Source of the DNA: Eledone cirrhosa
Lineage: Eukaryota
Direction of reading: 5' to 3'
Assembly (NCBI GenBank): GCA_964016885.1
Contig: OZ024741.1
Coordinates: 295,802,001 to 295,866,000 of the forward strand
DNA: 64,000 nt
Under the pieces are notes generated by a model that was not told where the DNA came from, made no database searches, and saw nothing but the letters and a program-made list of their open reading frames with translations. Below, in pieces: positions 14,608 to 27,680 of this stretch (its first letter is position 1; the number at the start of each line of letters is the position of its first letter). The position numbers and the translations under genes were made by a program.

Positions 14608-14611
<4 letters not shown>
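14261..14611 (-). mobile_element. Fold-back cassette with a hammerhead on each strand
   Basis: Palindrome 14363-14611 with ~120-bp arms, plus a ~100-bp tail; (TA)n flanks. Confidence 0.85.
14526..14567 (+). ncRNA. Canonical minimal hammerhead (mirror copy on minus strand at ~14408-14452)
   Basis: GCC-CTGATGA-GTCC ttaata GGAC-GAAAC att GTC-GGC gives a perfect core, a GUC cleavage triplet and stem I GCC/GGC. Confidence 0.88.
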
Positions 14612-14643
<32 letters not shown>

Positions 14644-14846
14644 CAAATAGTAAAAAGGAAAAAGATTTGTTTCAGTTGAAAATGTTTTAGAGATTTTTTC
14701 AGTTGAAAATGTTTTAGAGATTTTTTTCAGTGAGATATCAAAACCTTAATTTATTTACAATACCGGTTTCAGCATTATATGCATTGTCAATTGCGGATAT
14801 GCAGTATATTGTTAAGTTGCATATTTGTACAAATAGTGATAATAAT

Positions 14847-15370
14847 AATAATTGTTTTACATTTGGCACAAGTCCAGCAATTAATCAGTACATTACTGGT
14901 ACTTTATTTTATCGACCCCGTAAGGATGAATGGCAAAGTTAACCTCGACGGGATTTGAACTCAAATCGTAAAGGGACGTAACTATGCTGGAAAGCATGGC
15001 GTCTAACCCTCTACCGATACTGTCAATCCACCGCCAATAATAATTGTTTCTACTTTTGGCACAAGGCCAGCAATAAACCAGTACATTACTGGTACTTTAT
15101 TTTATCGACCTCGTAAGGATGAAAGGCAAAGTGAACCTCGGCGGGATTTGAACTCAGACCGTAGAGGGACGTAACTGTGCTGCAAAGCATGGCGTTCTGA
15201 GTTCAAATCCCGCCGAGGCTAACTTTGCCTTTCATCCTTACGAGGTCGATAAAATAAAGTACCAGTAATACACTGGATAATTGCTGGCCTTGTGCCAAAA
15301 AGTAGAAACAATTATTATTGTGAATTGGCAGTATCGGTAGAGGGTTAGACATGCTTTCCAGCACAGTTCA
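14847..15370. mobile_element. Cluster of tRNA-derived SINE copies with a Meta-like central domain, including an inverted pair
   Basis: B-box GAGTTCAAATCCC and TTTGCCTTTCATCCTT..GTCGATAAAATAAAGTACCAG. Minus copies at ~14847-15035 and 15040-15196; plus partials at 15197-15320 and 15322-15370. Confidence 0.8.
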
Positions 15371-15728
15371 ATAATAATAAAAATAAAAAGGGGAAGAAAA
15401 ATTAATTTTCACATACATGTTCATTCAGAGAAGAGAGTTCATTTCTCTGTCCATCCTTCTCTGCTAATAGTTTGGATGTGACTGGAGAAGGTAGAAGAAG
15501 AAGGTGAGAGGCAAAGAAGAAGGAGGAGGGGGAGACAGGGGATAGTTGTAGTGGCAGACTGCTGTGTGAGACCCATTTAAGAGTAGATACAAGGTTTGGC
15601 TGGGATTGGTTTGAAAGGCCGGGTGACCTTAGTATAGTTGTCAGAGGTTGCTGGAATCTTAGAGAAGGATACATTGCTAAAGAGTTAATTTGTCTAGGGT
15701 GTTAATTTTAAAGTGTGCCAGCTTTAGT

Positions 15729-16608
15729 TTAGTCCGAAGTGGAAGCATTTAGAAGGGGTTCGTATTTGGCGATAAATTGTGATTCCTTGCTAATGCGCTG
15801 AATGTAGGAAGCGTTGTCTTTAAATTTGTAGATGGGAGAAATTCTAAAATTGGGTTGTTCATTAGATGCGCAGGTCGCGATGTGTTCACTCAGTGCTATC
15901 TTTCTGTATTCCCGTATTTTGATTTGGGAGCTATGGACGGTCATACGTTGTCGGAGGCTGTTTTTTGTCTTTCCTATGTATTGCTCTCGACAATCTGAGC
16001 AGGTCAACACATAGATCAGGTTTTCTGATGCACATGTGAAATTGCACTTAACTGTAAAGTGTTGTCCTTGTTTGAAGTGGAACTCCGATCCCTCTATTAG
16101 ATTGATACATATACCACAGTTGGGTCATCCACATTTTGTTACTGTAGGGTTCATTGTGAGAGTCGGCTGGACTTTGACCTGTGTAAGAATGTTTTTTTTT
16201 TTTTTTATTTGGGTTGTCTTTTGCTCTTTATGATATTGTGCGTTTGGAGGATTGGATTCATTCTTAGGTCTCTTTTTAGTAAAGGTATGTTCTGGAGAAT
16301 GGTGTCGAATGCTTCATTGTTAAGGTGGTTGTGTGTGAAGATGCATGGTAGAGTTTTCAGTTTTGATTCATTCCTTGGTTTGGGGTGTCCTGGATGCTGA
16401 GTTTTAGGGCACGTTGGAATCCATTGTTCATTAGGGATGGTAATTCCTGCTAATAAGTGTGTAATTTTTCTAGTCGTATGTAGCCTGTATATTTATCAGA
16501 TACTATTGTGCAAATCCTTTTGGCTAGGTTGTAAGGAATGGTCATTTTGGTCTGTCTAGGGTGGCATGAGTTGAATGGAAGATACTGTTTGGAGTCTGTG
16601 GGTTTATA

Positions 16609-16612
<4 letters not shown>
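15729..16612 (-). pseudogene. Penelope-like element fragment (RT thumb, Cys linker, GIY-YIG)
   Basis: YYKPTDSKQYLPFNSCHP, IPYNLAKRIC and LIYVLTCSDCREQYIGKT..LRQRMTVH; frameshifted. Confidence 0.85.
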
Positions 16613-16684
<72 letters not shown>

Positions 16685-16688
<4 letters not shown>

Positions 16689-16929
16689 GTGTGCAAATAT
16701 TGAATATAGAAATGGCTTCTACAGGACTAGAACTGTTTCATTCGAAGAAAATCATCAGGAAAGTCATTTAGAAGCCAATCCTCCAAACGCACAATATCAT
16801 AAAGAGCAAAAGACAACCCAAATAAAAAAAAAATAAAAACATCCTTACACAGGCCAAAGTCCAGCCGACCCTCACAATGAACCCTACAGTAACAAAATGT
16901 GGATGACCCAGCTGTGGTATATGTATCCA

Positions 16930-16935
<6 letters not shown>
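16685..16935. mobile_element. Chimera of a hammerhead-like pLTR piece and an inverted copy of PLE coding sequence
   Basis: The minus strand of 16685-16776 has CTGATGA..GAAACAGTTC and mirrors 17615-17713. 16777-16935 is the reverse complement of ~16097-16255. Confidence 0.7.
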
Positions 16936-16983
<48 letters not shown>

Positions 16984-16984
16984 C

Positions 16985-17469
16985 GACATACAAACATGTG
17001 GTAATCATGGTGGTATATATAAATCAAGATGGACACCGTAAGAAACTGGTTAGACCATTACTCACCAAAGTACTTGATACTTGGGGTAGTAGACTATGGT
17101 TATATGAAAGAGGTCGGGACCCCCCGACGGCTCAGCTCTTGCTGTTTTAACAGCTAGTTCCAGAGTCTGGAACTAACTGTTGAAACTAATGAAAACGAAT
17201 ATTAACTGACCACCATAAATCAATGTGAATCGTTATAGACCTACAGGTTCTGTCATTACCACAGCAGAGGCCGGACGAGCTTTTGATTCCAGAGTCGGGC
17301 TAGATCGATACAGATCGAACCTTGAGCTGATCAATAGCGAAACGCGCGTCACTACTCAATAAACGCAATGAAGACAACAAATCTTCCTTTTATTATTATA
17401 ATTACACTCTGGAAACTACGCATCGAGTGCTCACTCTGGTGAGCCTACAGTAACTGGACGTTACATTCC

Positions 17470-17471
<2 letters not shown>
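16985..17471. mobile_element. Back-to-back PLE-type termini between (TA)n tracts
   Basis: 17035-17185 is related to 52916-53110. 17320-17471 has GAAACGCGCGTC and the CACTC..GAGTGCT tail, like 4597-4829. Confidence 0.55.
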
Positions 17472-17545
<74 letters not shown>

Positions 17546-17547
<2 letters not shown>

Positions 17548-17741
17548 GGTTCAATTGGGGGTAACCATAGTAAGTAAGGTACTCAATACATAGCAGAGTA
17601 TAAATATTTAATATAGAAATGGCTTCTAAATGACTTTCCTGGTGATTTTCTTCGAATGAAACAGTTCTAGTCCTGTAGAAGCCATTTCTATGTTAAATAT
17701 TTGCATACTGCCATATATATATATATATATATAAAGAGAGA

Positions 17742-17799
<58 letters not shown>

Positions 17800-17953
17800 A
17801 TTCCGGGTTCAATCGGGGGTAACCACAGTAAGTAAGGTACATGTTTTAATATAGAAAAGCTTCTACAGGATTAGAACTGTTTCATTCGTGGGAAATCATC
17901 AGGATGCTTCCTAATGATTTCTCACGAATGAAACAGTTCTAGTCCTGTAGAAG

Positions 17954-17958
<5 letters not shown>
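17546..17958. mobile_element. Two short fold-back PLE-terminus cassettes (17546-17713, 17797-17958)
   Basis: Both start GGGTTCAAT.GGGGGTAACCA.AGTAAGTAAGGTAC. Inverted arms contain (C)TGATGA-like..GAAACAGTTCTAGTCC. Confidence 0.65.
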
Positions 17959-17993
<35 letters not shown>

Positions 17994-17998
<5 letters not shown>

Positions 17999-18210
17999 GC
18001 AAACATCACGGGCGCTCTATCTCAAAATTATTTTTGAAAAGCATTAGAAATGCGCAACCGGTAAAACTTAAAACCAAAACTGAATACTAACCAATAATAT
18101 TACTAATTTTTACTTATTCCTAATTAAACTATTTTTCACTGGGAACAATTTGTCAGCATTTTCTTTTCCTTTTACCAATATATCATAACTCGTGTGTTAC
18201 ACCTCTATTC

Positions 18211-18215
<5 letters not shown>
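17994..18215. repeat. ~220-bp dispersed repeat, copy 2
   Basis: Nearly identical to 13680-13900; (TA)n on both sides. Confidence 0.85.
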
Positions 18216-18268
<53 letters not shown>

Positions 18269-18271
<3 letters not shown>

Positions 18272-18584
18272 TTTTCCGTAGTGTTGTAATATGAATATTA
18301 CACACAGTAGATGGACAGCTCACGTAGGGTTTGCTCGACGGTTCCAGTTGTAGTTTCAAAAGTAATCCGGAGAAAATAGAAGGATTTAAATGGATACAGT
18401 TCAGTAAAAGGAATTTATTGACACGTGTTTCAATAACAGTTATATAACCTGAAAACAGCTGCTATCTACAAAGTATTAATTAATAATTAATACTTTGTAG
18501 ATAGCAGCTGTTTTCAGGTTATATAACTGTTATTGAAACACGTGTCAATAAATTCCTTTTACTGAACTGTATCCATTTAAATCC

Positions 18585-18590
<6 letters not shown>
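18269..18590 (-). mobile_element. Fold-back cassette with an apparently perfect ~210-bp palindrome (18377-18590)
   Basis: Arms are reverse complements around ~18483 and contain GAAACACGTGTC; (TA)n flanks. Confidence 0.8.
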
Positions 18591-18657
<67 letters not shown>

Positions 18658-18701
18658 CATACATATTATTATTACTACATATATATATATATATATGTAT
18701 G

Positions 18702-18869
<168 letters not shown>

Positions 18870-18879
18870 GTAATAATAA

Positions 18880-20287
18880 TAAAATTGAAGACTAAAATCC
18901 AAAGAGGGCTCGATAAGGAAAATATATATCAAATATATAAGAACCGTAGAGCAAATATTTATTAAAATAACAGATTAAAGTTTAAGCAAAGAATCGCTGC
19001 TTTCACCCTTAACGGGATCTTCTGAAACTAACAAAGTCAATCTGTAAACGCAGAACTGGATATTTCAAAAAACGTTGCAACCGGAGGAAGACAGGAAGAC
19101 GATACTTTGGTTCGTGGTAACGTTCGCTGGCAAAGAACGGGAAAAAACGAATAATACGTCATTAATAGGAGCGGTGAAAAACAATTACGCGCAAAGACAA
19201 AACCACGTTTATGGTATAAAAGAGGTCGTAGACTAATGTTCTCTTAGGTGGTGCATAGAGACGTTCTCTGGCAATGAACGAAAAAACGAAGATAATACGT
19301 CATATGTGGAGCGTGGAGAACAATAGCACGCAAAGACAAAACCACGTAAATGGTATAGCAGAAATCGTAGACTAAAATTCTAACTAGGAGACCAAATGAA
19401 TCTCCGCTACAGAGTTTAGAACAAAGTAAATAAATACAATACAGAAGTAATAGAAACAAATAAATACATACACGCAAACAGATACGTACATACACAAGCA
19501 TACGCAAAACCTTACCATGGGTATACAAAACCACGCACATATAAATATGTGTGTGTGTGTATGCTTGTGTACAAATAAATAAATAATTATATAAACGTAT
19601 ATAAGTAAATAAATACGTATATAACGAGCGCACACGCATACCTACATATAAATACACGAATGTTCGGAGACGTAAGTCAACTAAAACAAGAAGTACACAT
19701 ATACACACACCCACCATACGTACGAACCTGCACACTCACGCGGACGCAAAACTCCCGTATACACATAGCCAAACCCTAAATACCAGAATATGTAAAAATT
19801 ATACGCTATAACAGTCAAATATACGTACGAGAAGGTATACATACCTTCACAAAACATACGGGTAATATATACTTACCTATGCAAATAAGTAAAGGAATAA
19901 ACAAAACATATACTTAGCTCCCACATCAAGACGTAAAATATCCACGTATAGATCGTGCTATCCGTTAGGGTATAACGTGGGGCTGTAATACAGGAAAGTT
20001 TTGTGCAATTTATGTTTACAAGCCGAAATTGCCTCAGATTTTTTTGTTTAAGATGTGGTCTGTAGCGTAGAGTATTTCCAGGGCCTCAGCGGCGCAGAGG
20101 TCACATGGTCTTTTATTTCCGTTATACGATCTAGCCCTAGCTAGGATCTCCCAGTGTAACTTATATCGGGTGTGGTTGTCTTTTAGACTCCACTTCCTCC
20201 GGTTGCAACGTTTTTTGAAATATCCAGTTCTGCGTTTCAGATTGACTTTGTTAGTTTCAGAAGATCCCGTTAAGGGTGAAAGCAGTA

Positions 20288-20290
<3 letters not shown>
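18880..20290 (-). mobile_element. Heavily 5'-truncated PLE with long 3' region and inverted pLTR piece
   Basis: The minus strand of ~19995-20192 encodes WSLKDNH..WEILARARSYN..CDLCAAE..CKH, homologous to the end of the 12082 ORF. 20193-20285 inverts 18997-19090. Variant core CAGAAGA-TCCC..GGG-T-GAAA. Confidence 0.8.
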
Positions 20291-20379
<89 letters not shown>

Positions 20380-20393
20380 TATATATATATATG

Positions 20394-21279
20394 CGAGGTG
20401 TGTCAGAAAAGTTCCAGGACTGATGTCACAGAAGATTTATTTCAAACCCAAACTTCACACTAAGAGTTTTCTCCTTCAAAGTATTACCCTGGAGTATGTA
20501 ACTGTAATCTTAGCTCTTTGCCGCGATCAAACGTTTTTCTTCATAATTTTATATACATGTCCTCTGTTTCAGGTCGTCAAGCAATGAGCACAGAGCAACG
20601 AACAAACTTGAAGTTTCTGGTACGGTTGGGGGGAAAACTCCGTCAGAAGCACTGGGATTGCTGTAGCAAGTGTATGGAGATGAGACGATGTCACGCTCAC
20701 GTGTTTTTGAGTGGTGCAAGATGACCCCAGGAGCGGAAGGCCCTCATCAACCAGGACTGAGGTCAACGTTGAGCGCGTCAGGCAGATGGTGCGTAGCGAT
20801 CGTCGGCTGACTGTTCGACTGATGGCAAATGAGCTGGGCATGAATCGGGACAGCGTCTGGAAGATTCTCACTGAAGATTTGGACATGCGGAAAGTCTACG
20901 CGAAGATGGTTCCAAAACTGCTGAACGATGACCAGAAGGGTCGACGCATGCAAGTGTGCCAGGACACCTCAAGCGTCTTGAAACCGAACCAGACTTGCTA
21001 GGGACAGTCATCACCGGTGATGAGTCATGGATCTTCGAGTACGACCCGGAGGGGACCCGTTTTGAAGACGTGGACGACATCAAAAAGGCCGTGACGACGG
21101 AACTGCGGAGGATCTCGGAAGAATCCTTCCAGGAGTGCATGCAAGCGTGGCAGAAAAGGATGGGAAAGTGTATTAGACTCCAGGGGGATTACTTTGAAGG
21201 AGAAAACTCTTAGTGAGAAGTTTGGGTTTGAAATAAATCTTTTGTGACATCAGTCCTGGAACTTTGCTGACATACCTCG
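20394..21279 (+). mobile_element. Internally deleted mariner (Tc1/mariner) transposon, ~886 bp
   Basis: ~60-bp TIRs (CGAGGTGTGTCAGAAAAGTTCCAGGACTG / CAGTCCTGGAACTTTGCTGACATACCTCG) in TA context. Peptides EQRTNLKF, DDPRSGRP, KMVPKLL, ITGDESWIFEYDPE and GDYFEG. Confidence 0.93.
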
Positions 21280-21779
21280 TATATATATATATATATATAT
21301 AATTGTTTCTACTTTTGCCACGACGAGGTTATAGTATTAGCTATAATCCCGTTTGCTCACATTTTCTCACTCAATGAGATATGGTATGAAATTTTATCGG
21401 GCAAAACCTGTCTCAGAGTGTTGACAAAGTGTATATTTGTAATGTGACGTTTGCACTTGTACAGCTGGACCCGTTTTTCTGCCAATGCAGACTGTTACGA
21501 TATAAGTGCAATTTGCAACTTGCTGAAAATTGCGTTACTGCGTTAGTGTGTGTGTATGTGTGTGTGTGTGTGTGTGTACGGTTACTAGGTTGTACGGTAA
21601 AAACTTCAAGTCAGCTGCCACAGATAAACATTACAGAATATTTCGTGTTTTTAATAAGACAAGGTAGCCTCCTTTACCTGGTCATTCAAACTGTTAGAAA
21701 TAACAGTCAAATATATTGCATATTACACATTTCACGTTAGCTTTATTGGATTATATTACTTTTGTTGTCAACGCTCCTG

Positions 21780-21785
21780 CTGCTG

Positions 21786-21817
<32 letters not shown>

Positions 21818-22090
21818 AATAATAGTGGTAATGATGGTGGTGGTCGTCGTCGTGGTGATGGTAGTAGATGTGGGGGTGATAGGAGGTGGTAATGTTGGTG
21901 GTGGTGATGGTGGTGGTGGTGATGGGGATGGTCGTGGTGATGGTAGTAGATGTGGGGGTGATAGGAGGTGGTAATGTTGGTGGTGGTGATGGGGGTGGTC
22001 GTGGTGATGGTAGTAGATGTGGGGGTGATGGTGAGGGTGATGGGGTGGTCGTGGTGGTGGTGGCGGTGGTGTTACTAACGGTGGTGTCGG
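21780..22090. repeat. GGT-rich low-complexity tract with short tandem duplications
   Basis: Repeated GGTGATGGTAGTAGATGTGGGGGTGAT units. Confidence 0.8.
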
Positions 22091-22129
22091 TGGATTCCCC
22101 ATCATCGCTATATATACAAGTGTAGATAT

Positions 22130-22433
22130 GTTGGATCTCTTCCGACGACGAGTGTTCCAGTTGATCTGATCTACAGAACAGTTTGGACGTGAAATTTACA
22201 GGCAGGTGGCTGAGCATTCCACAGAACTCTGAATGTATTTCTCAGGCAGATTTAGAGTGGCACAGTATGTGACAAGGCTGGCCCTTTAAAATACAGGTAC
22301 AAATCAGTTTTGCCAGTTTAGGGACTTAGAACAAATTAAAATAAAGTCTCTTTTTCAAGGACGCAACATATCGCCGGGAATCGAACTCACAACCTTACAA
22401 TCGTGAGCCGAATACTCTAACCACTATGCCACG
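22130..22433 (-). mobile_element. tRNA-derived SINE with Deu/Nin-like domain
   Basis: Minus strand has A-box TGGCATAGTGG and B-box GTTCGATTCC, followed by TGCGTCCTTGA..ACTTTA. Confidence 0.7.
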
Positions 22434-22514
22434 AGTCTTCACACATCTACAACTATAGCAGTTGGAACACCTGTAAGCTGTAGTTGCAACAGCACAACAG
22501 CAGCAGTAGCAGCC

Positions 22515-22551
<37 letters not shown>

Positions 22552-22570
22552 TAGTGGTAGTAGTAGTAGT

Positions 22571-22608
<38 letters not shown>

Positions 22609-22734
22609 CAACGGCAGCAGCCGTAGCAGCTATACAATATCATCTGTAAGCTCCATTCATCTTCAGCCTCATTCATAAGCAACGTAGTTGTTCACGTGAT
22701 ACCTACCGACTGTCAATGGAGTTTCGATATTGTG

Positions 22735-25700
22735 GTGCTGTTGTTGGTGTTGTTAGTGGTGGTGGTTGTGGTGGTGGTGGCGATGGTGGTATTGGTGGTG
22801 GTGGCGGTGGTGGTGGTGGTATTGGTGGTGGTGGTGGTGGTGGTGTTAGTGGTGGTGGTGGTGGTGGTGGTGGTGGCAGTGGTGGTAATGTTGGTGGTGT
22901 GAGTGGTGGTGGTTGTGGTGGTGGTAATGTTGGTGGTGTGAGTGGTGGTGGTTGTGGTGGTGGTGGCGGTGGTGGTGGTGGTAATGTTGGTGGTGTGAGT
23001 GGTGGTGGTGGTGGTGGTGGTGGTGGCGGTGGTGGTGGTAATGTTGGTGGTGTGAGTGGTGGTGGTTGTGGTGGCGGTGGCGGTGGTGGTGGTAATGTTG
23101 GTGGTGTTAGTGGTGGTGGTTGTGGTGGCGGTGGCGGTGGTGGTGGTGGTAATGTTGGTGGTGTTAGTGGTGGTGGTTGTGGTGGCGGTGGCGGTGGTGG
23201 TGGTGGTAATGTTGGTGGTGTTAGTGGTGGTGGTTGTGGTGGTGTTAGTGGTGGTGGTGGTGGTAATGTTGGTGGTGTTAGTGGTGGTAGCCGTGGTGTT
23301 GTGTTGTTGGTGACGGTAGTGATGTTGGTGTAGGCAATGTTGCTATTAGTATTGGTATTACCAATTGTGGTGTATGTGATGGTGATGGTGGTAGTAATGG
23401 TGGTGTAGGGGATAGTAGTGGTGGTGGTAGTAATAGTGGTGTAGGGGATAGTAGTGGTGGTGGTAGTAATGGTGGTGTAGGGGATAGCAGTGGTGGTGGT
23501 AGTAATGGTGGTGTAGGGGATAGTAGTGGTGGTGATAGTAATGGTGGTGTAGGGGATAGTAGTGGTGGTGGTAGTAATGGTGGTGTAGGGGATAGTAGTG
23601 GTGGTGATAGTAATGGTGGTGTAGGGGATAGTAGTGGTGGTGGTAGTAATGGTGGTGTAGGGGATAGTAGTGGTGGTGATAGTAATGGTGGTGTAGGGGA
23701 TAGTAGTGGTGGTGATAGTAATGGTGGTGTAGGGGATAGTAGTGGTGGTGATAGTAATGGTGGTGTAGGGGATAGTAGTGGTGGTGTGTTGGCATTATCA
23801 ATAGTGGTGTAGATGGTAGTGATGGTGATAGTAATGGTGGTGGGGGTGGTGGTGATGGTGATAGTAATGGCGGTGTAGGTGGTGGTGATGGTGATAGTAA
23901 TAGTGGTGTAGGTGGTGGTGATGGTGATAGTAATGGTGGTGGGGGTGATGGTGGTAGTGGTAGTAATGGTGGTGTAGGTGGTGGTGATGGTGGTAGTAAT
24001 GGTGGTGTAGGTGGTGGTGATGGTGGTAGTAATGGCGGTGTAGGTGGTGGTGATGGTGATAGTAATGGTGGTGGGGGTGATGGTGATAGTAATGGTGGTG
24101 TAGGTGGTGGTGATGGTGATAGTAATGGTGGTGTAGGTGGTGGTGATGGTGATAGTTATGGCGGTGTAGGTGGTGGTGATGGTGGTAGTAATGGTGGTGT
24201 AGGTGGTGGTGATGGTGGTAGTAATGGTGGTGTAGGTGGTGGTGTTGGTGATAGTAATAGTGGTGGTGGTGATGGTGATAGTAATGGTGGTGTAGGTGGT
24301 GGTGATGGTGATAGTAATGGTGGTGTAGGTGGTGGTGATGGTGATAGTAATGGTGGTGTAGGTGGTGGTGATGGTGATAGTAATGGTGGTGTAGGTGGTG
24401 GTGATGGTGATAGTAATGGTGGTCTAGGTGGTGGTGATGGTGATAGTAATGGTGGTGTAGGTGGTGGTGATGGTGATAGTAATGGTGGTGTAGGTGGTGG
24501 TGATGGTGATAGTAATGGTGGTGTAGGTGGTGGTGATGCTGATAGTAATGGTGGTGTAGGTGGTGGTGATGGTGATAGTAATGGTGGTGTAGGTGGTGGT
24601 GATGGTGATAGTAATGGTGGTGTAGGTGGTGGTGATGGTGATAGTAATGGTGGTGTAGGTGGTGGTGATGGTGATAGTAATGGTGGTGTAGGTGGTGGTG
24701 ATAGTGGTAGTAATGGTGGTGTAGGTGGTGGTGATGGTGATAGTAATGGTGGTGGGGGTGATGGTGATAGTAATGGTGGTGTAGGTGGTGGTGATGGTGG
24801 TAGTAATGGTGGTGTAGGTGGTGGTGATGGTGGTAGTAATGGTGGTGTAGGTGGTGGTGATGGTGATAGTAATGGTGGTGTAGGTGGTGTTGATGGTGGT
24901 AGTAATGGTGGTTTAGGTGGTGGTGATGGTGATAGTAATGGTGGTGTAGGTGGTGGTGATGGTGATAGTAATGGTGGTGTAGGTGGTGGTGATGGTGATA
25001 GTAATGGTGGTGTAGGTGGGGGTGATGGTGATAGTAATGGTGGTGGGGGTGGTGGTGATGGTGATGGTGGTGTAGGTGGTGGTGATGGTGATAGTAATGG
25101 TGGTGGTGGTGGTGGTGATGGTGATAGTAATGGTGGTGTAGGTGGGGGTGATGGTGATAGTAATGGTGGTGGGGGTGGTGGTGATGGTGGTAGTAATGGT
25201 GGTGTAGGTGGTGGTGATGGTGGTAGTAATGGTGGTGTAGGTGGTGGTGATGGTGGTAGTAATGGTGGTGTAGATGGTAGTGATGGTGATAGTAATGGTG
25301 GTATAGGTGGTGGTGATAGTGGTAGTAATGGTGGTGTAGGTGGTGGTGATGGTGATAGTAATGGTGGTGGGGGTGGTGGTGATGGCGATAGTAATGGTGG
25401 TGTAGGTGGTGGTGGTGGTGGTAGTAATGGTGGTGGGGGTGGTGGTGATGGTGATAGTAATGGTGGTGGGGGTGGTGGTGATGGTGATAGTAATGGTGGT
25501 GGGGGTGATGGTGATAGTGGTAGTAATGGTGGTGTAGGTGGTGGTGATGGTGGTAGTAATGGTGGTGTAGGTGGTGGTGATGGTGGTAGTAATGGTGGTG
25601 GGGGTGATGGTGATAGTAATGGTGGTGTAGGTGGTGGTGATGGTGATAGTAATGGTGGTGTAGGTGGTGGTGATGGTGATAGTAATGGTGGTGTAGGTGG

Positions 25701-27680
25701 TGGTGATGGTGATAGTAATGGCGGTGCAGGTGGTGGTGATGGTGGTAGTAATGGTGGTGTAGGTGGTGGTGATGGTGGTAGTAATGGCGGTGTAGGTGGT
25801 GGTGATGGTGATAGTAATGGTGGTGGGGGTGATGGTGATAGTAATGGTGGTGGGGGTGATGGTGATAGTAATGGTGGTGTAGGTGGTGGTGATGGTGATA
25901 GTAATGGTGGTGGTGGGGGGGGGGGGGGGGGGGGTGATGGTGATAGTAATGGTGGTGGGGGTGATGGTGATAGTAATGGTGGTGGGGGTGATGGTGATAG
26001 TAATGGTGGTGTAGGTGGTGGTGATGGTGGTAGTAATGGTGGTGTAGGTGGTGGTGATGGTGATAGTAATGGTGGTGTAGGTGGTGGTGATGGTGATAGT
26101 AATGGCGGTGTAGGTGGTGGTGATGGTGATAGTAATGGCGGTGTAGGTGGTGGTGATGGTGATAGTAATGGTGGTGGGGGTGATGGTGATGGTGATAGTA
26201 ATGGTGGTGGTGGTGATGGTGATAGTAATGGTGGTGGGGGTGATGGTGATGGTGATAGTAATGGTGGTGTAGGTGGTGGTGATGGTGATAGTAATGGTGG
26301 TGGGGGTGATGGTGATAGTAATGGTGGTGTAGGTGGTGGTGATGGTGGTAGTAATGGTGGTGTAGGTGGTGGTGATGGTGGTAGTAATGGCGGTGTAGGT
26401 GGTGGTGATGGTGGTAGTAATGGTGGTGTAGGTGGTGGTGATGGTGATAGTAATGGCGGTGTAGGTGGTGGTGATGGTGATAGTAATGGTGGTGGGGGTG
26501 ATGGTGATAGTGGTAGTAATGGTGGTGTAGGTGGTGGTGATGGTGATAGTAATGGTGGTGGGGGTGATGGTGATAGTAATGGTGGTGTAGGTGGTGGTGA
26601 TGGTGATAGTAATGGTGGTGGGGGTGATGGTGATAGTGGTAGTAATGGTGGTGTAGGTGGTGGTGATGGTGATAGTAATGGTGGTGGTGGTGATGGTGAT
26701 AGTAATGGCGGTGTAGGTGGTGGTGATGGTGATAGTAATGGTGGTGGGGGTGATGGTGATAGTAATGGTGGTGGGGTGATGGTGATAGTAATGGTGGTGT
26801 AGGTGGTGGTGATGATGGTGATAGTAATGGTGGTGTAGGTGGTGGTGATGGTGATAGTAATGGTGGTGTAGGTGGTGGTGATGGTGGTAGTAATGGTGGT
26901 GTAGGTGGTGGTGATGGTGATAGTAATGGTGGTGGGGGTGGTGGTGATGGTGATAGTAATGGTGGTGGGGGTGGTGGTGATGGTGATAGTAATGGTGGTG
27001 TAGGTGGTGGTAATGGTGATAGTAATGGTGGTGTAGGTGGTGGTGATGGTGATAGTAATGGTGGTGGTGGGGGTGGGGGGAGGGGGGGGGGGGGTGATAG
27101 TAATGGTGGTGGGTGTGGGGGTGATGTTGATAGTAATGGTGGGGGGGGGGGGGGTGATAGTAATGGTGGTGTAGGTGGTGGTGATGGTGGTAGTAATGGC
27201 GGTGTAGGTGGTGGTGATGGTGATAGTAATGGTGGTGTAGGTGGTGGTGATGGTGGTAGTAATGGCGGTGTAGGTGGTGGTGATGGTGATAGTAATGGTG
27301 GTGGTGGTGGTGGTGGTGATGGTGATAGTAATGGTGGTGTGTTGGTATTGCCAATGGTGGTGTAGGCAGTGGTGGTGTTGATGTTATTAGTAGTGATGAT
27401 GGTATTGATCGTGGTGGTGTTGTTGGTGTTGGTAGTGTTGGTGATGGTGTTGATAGTGGTGGTAAAGTTGTTGGTGTTGTTGTTGGTAGTCTTGGTGGTG
27501 GTGATGTTGTGCTGTTGTTGTGGTGGTGGTGGTGGTGGTGGTGGTGGTGGTGGTAGCTGTGTTGTGGCTGGTGGTTGTAGTGTTGGTGTTGGAGTTGTTA
27601 GTGTAGTGGTGTGGTTGTTGTAGCTGTTGTTGTTGGTGTTGGTGGGGATAATGATGATGAAGGCGATGATGATGACTACC
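22735..27680. repeat. GGT-derived minisatellite complex (36-bp array ~23390-23785, ~33-bp array ~23800-27340)
   Basis: Units GGTGGTGTAGGGGATAGTAGTGGTGGTGATAGTAAT and GGTGGTGTAGGTGGTGGTGATGGTGATAGTAAT. Confidence 0.92.

Noticed and set aside
22370-22433. tRNA gene suggested by A/B boxes
   Set aside because: There is no acceptor stem and the sequence continues into a SINE body; the same applies to the heads at 57330 and 58443.
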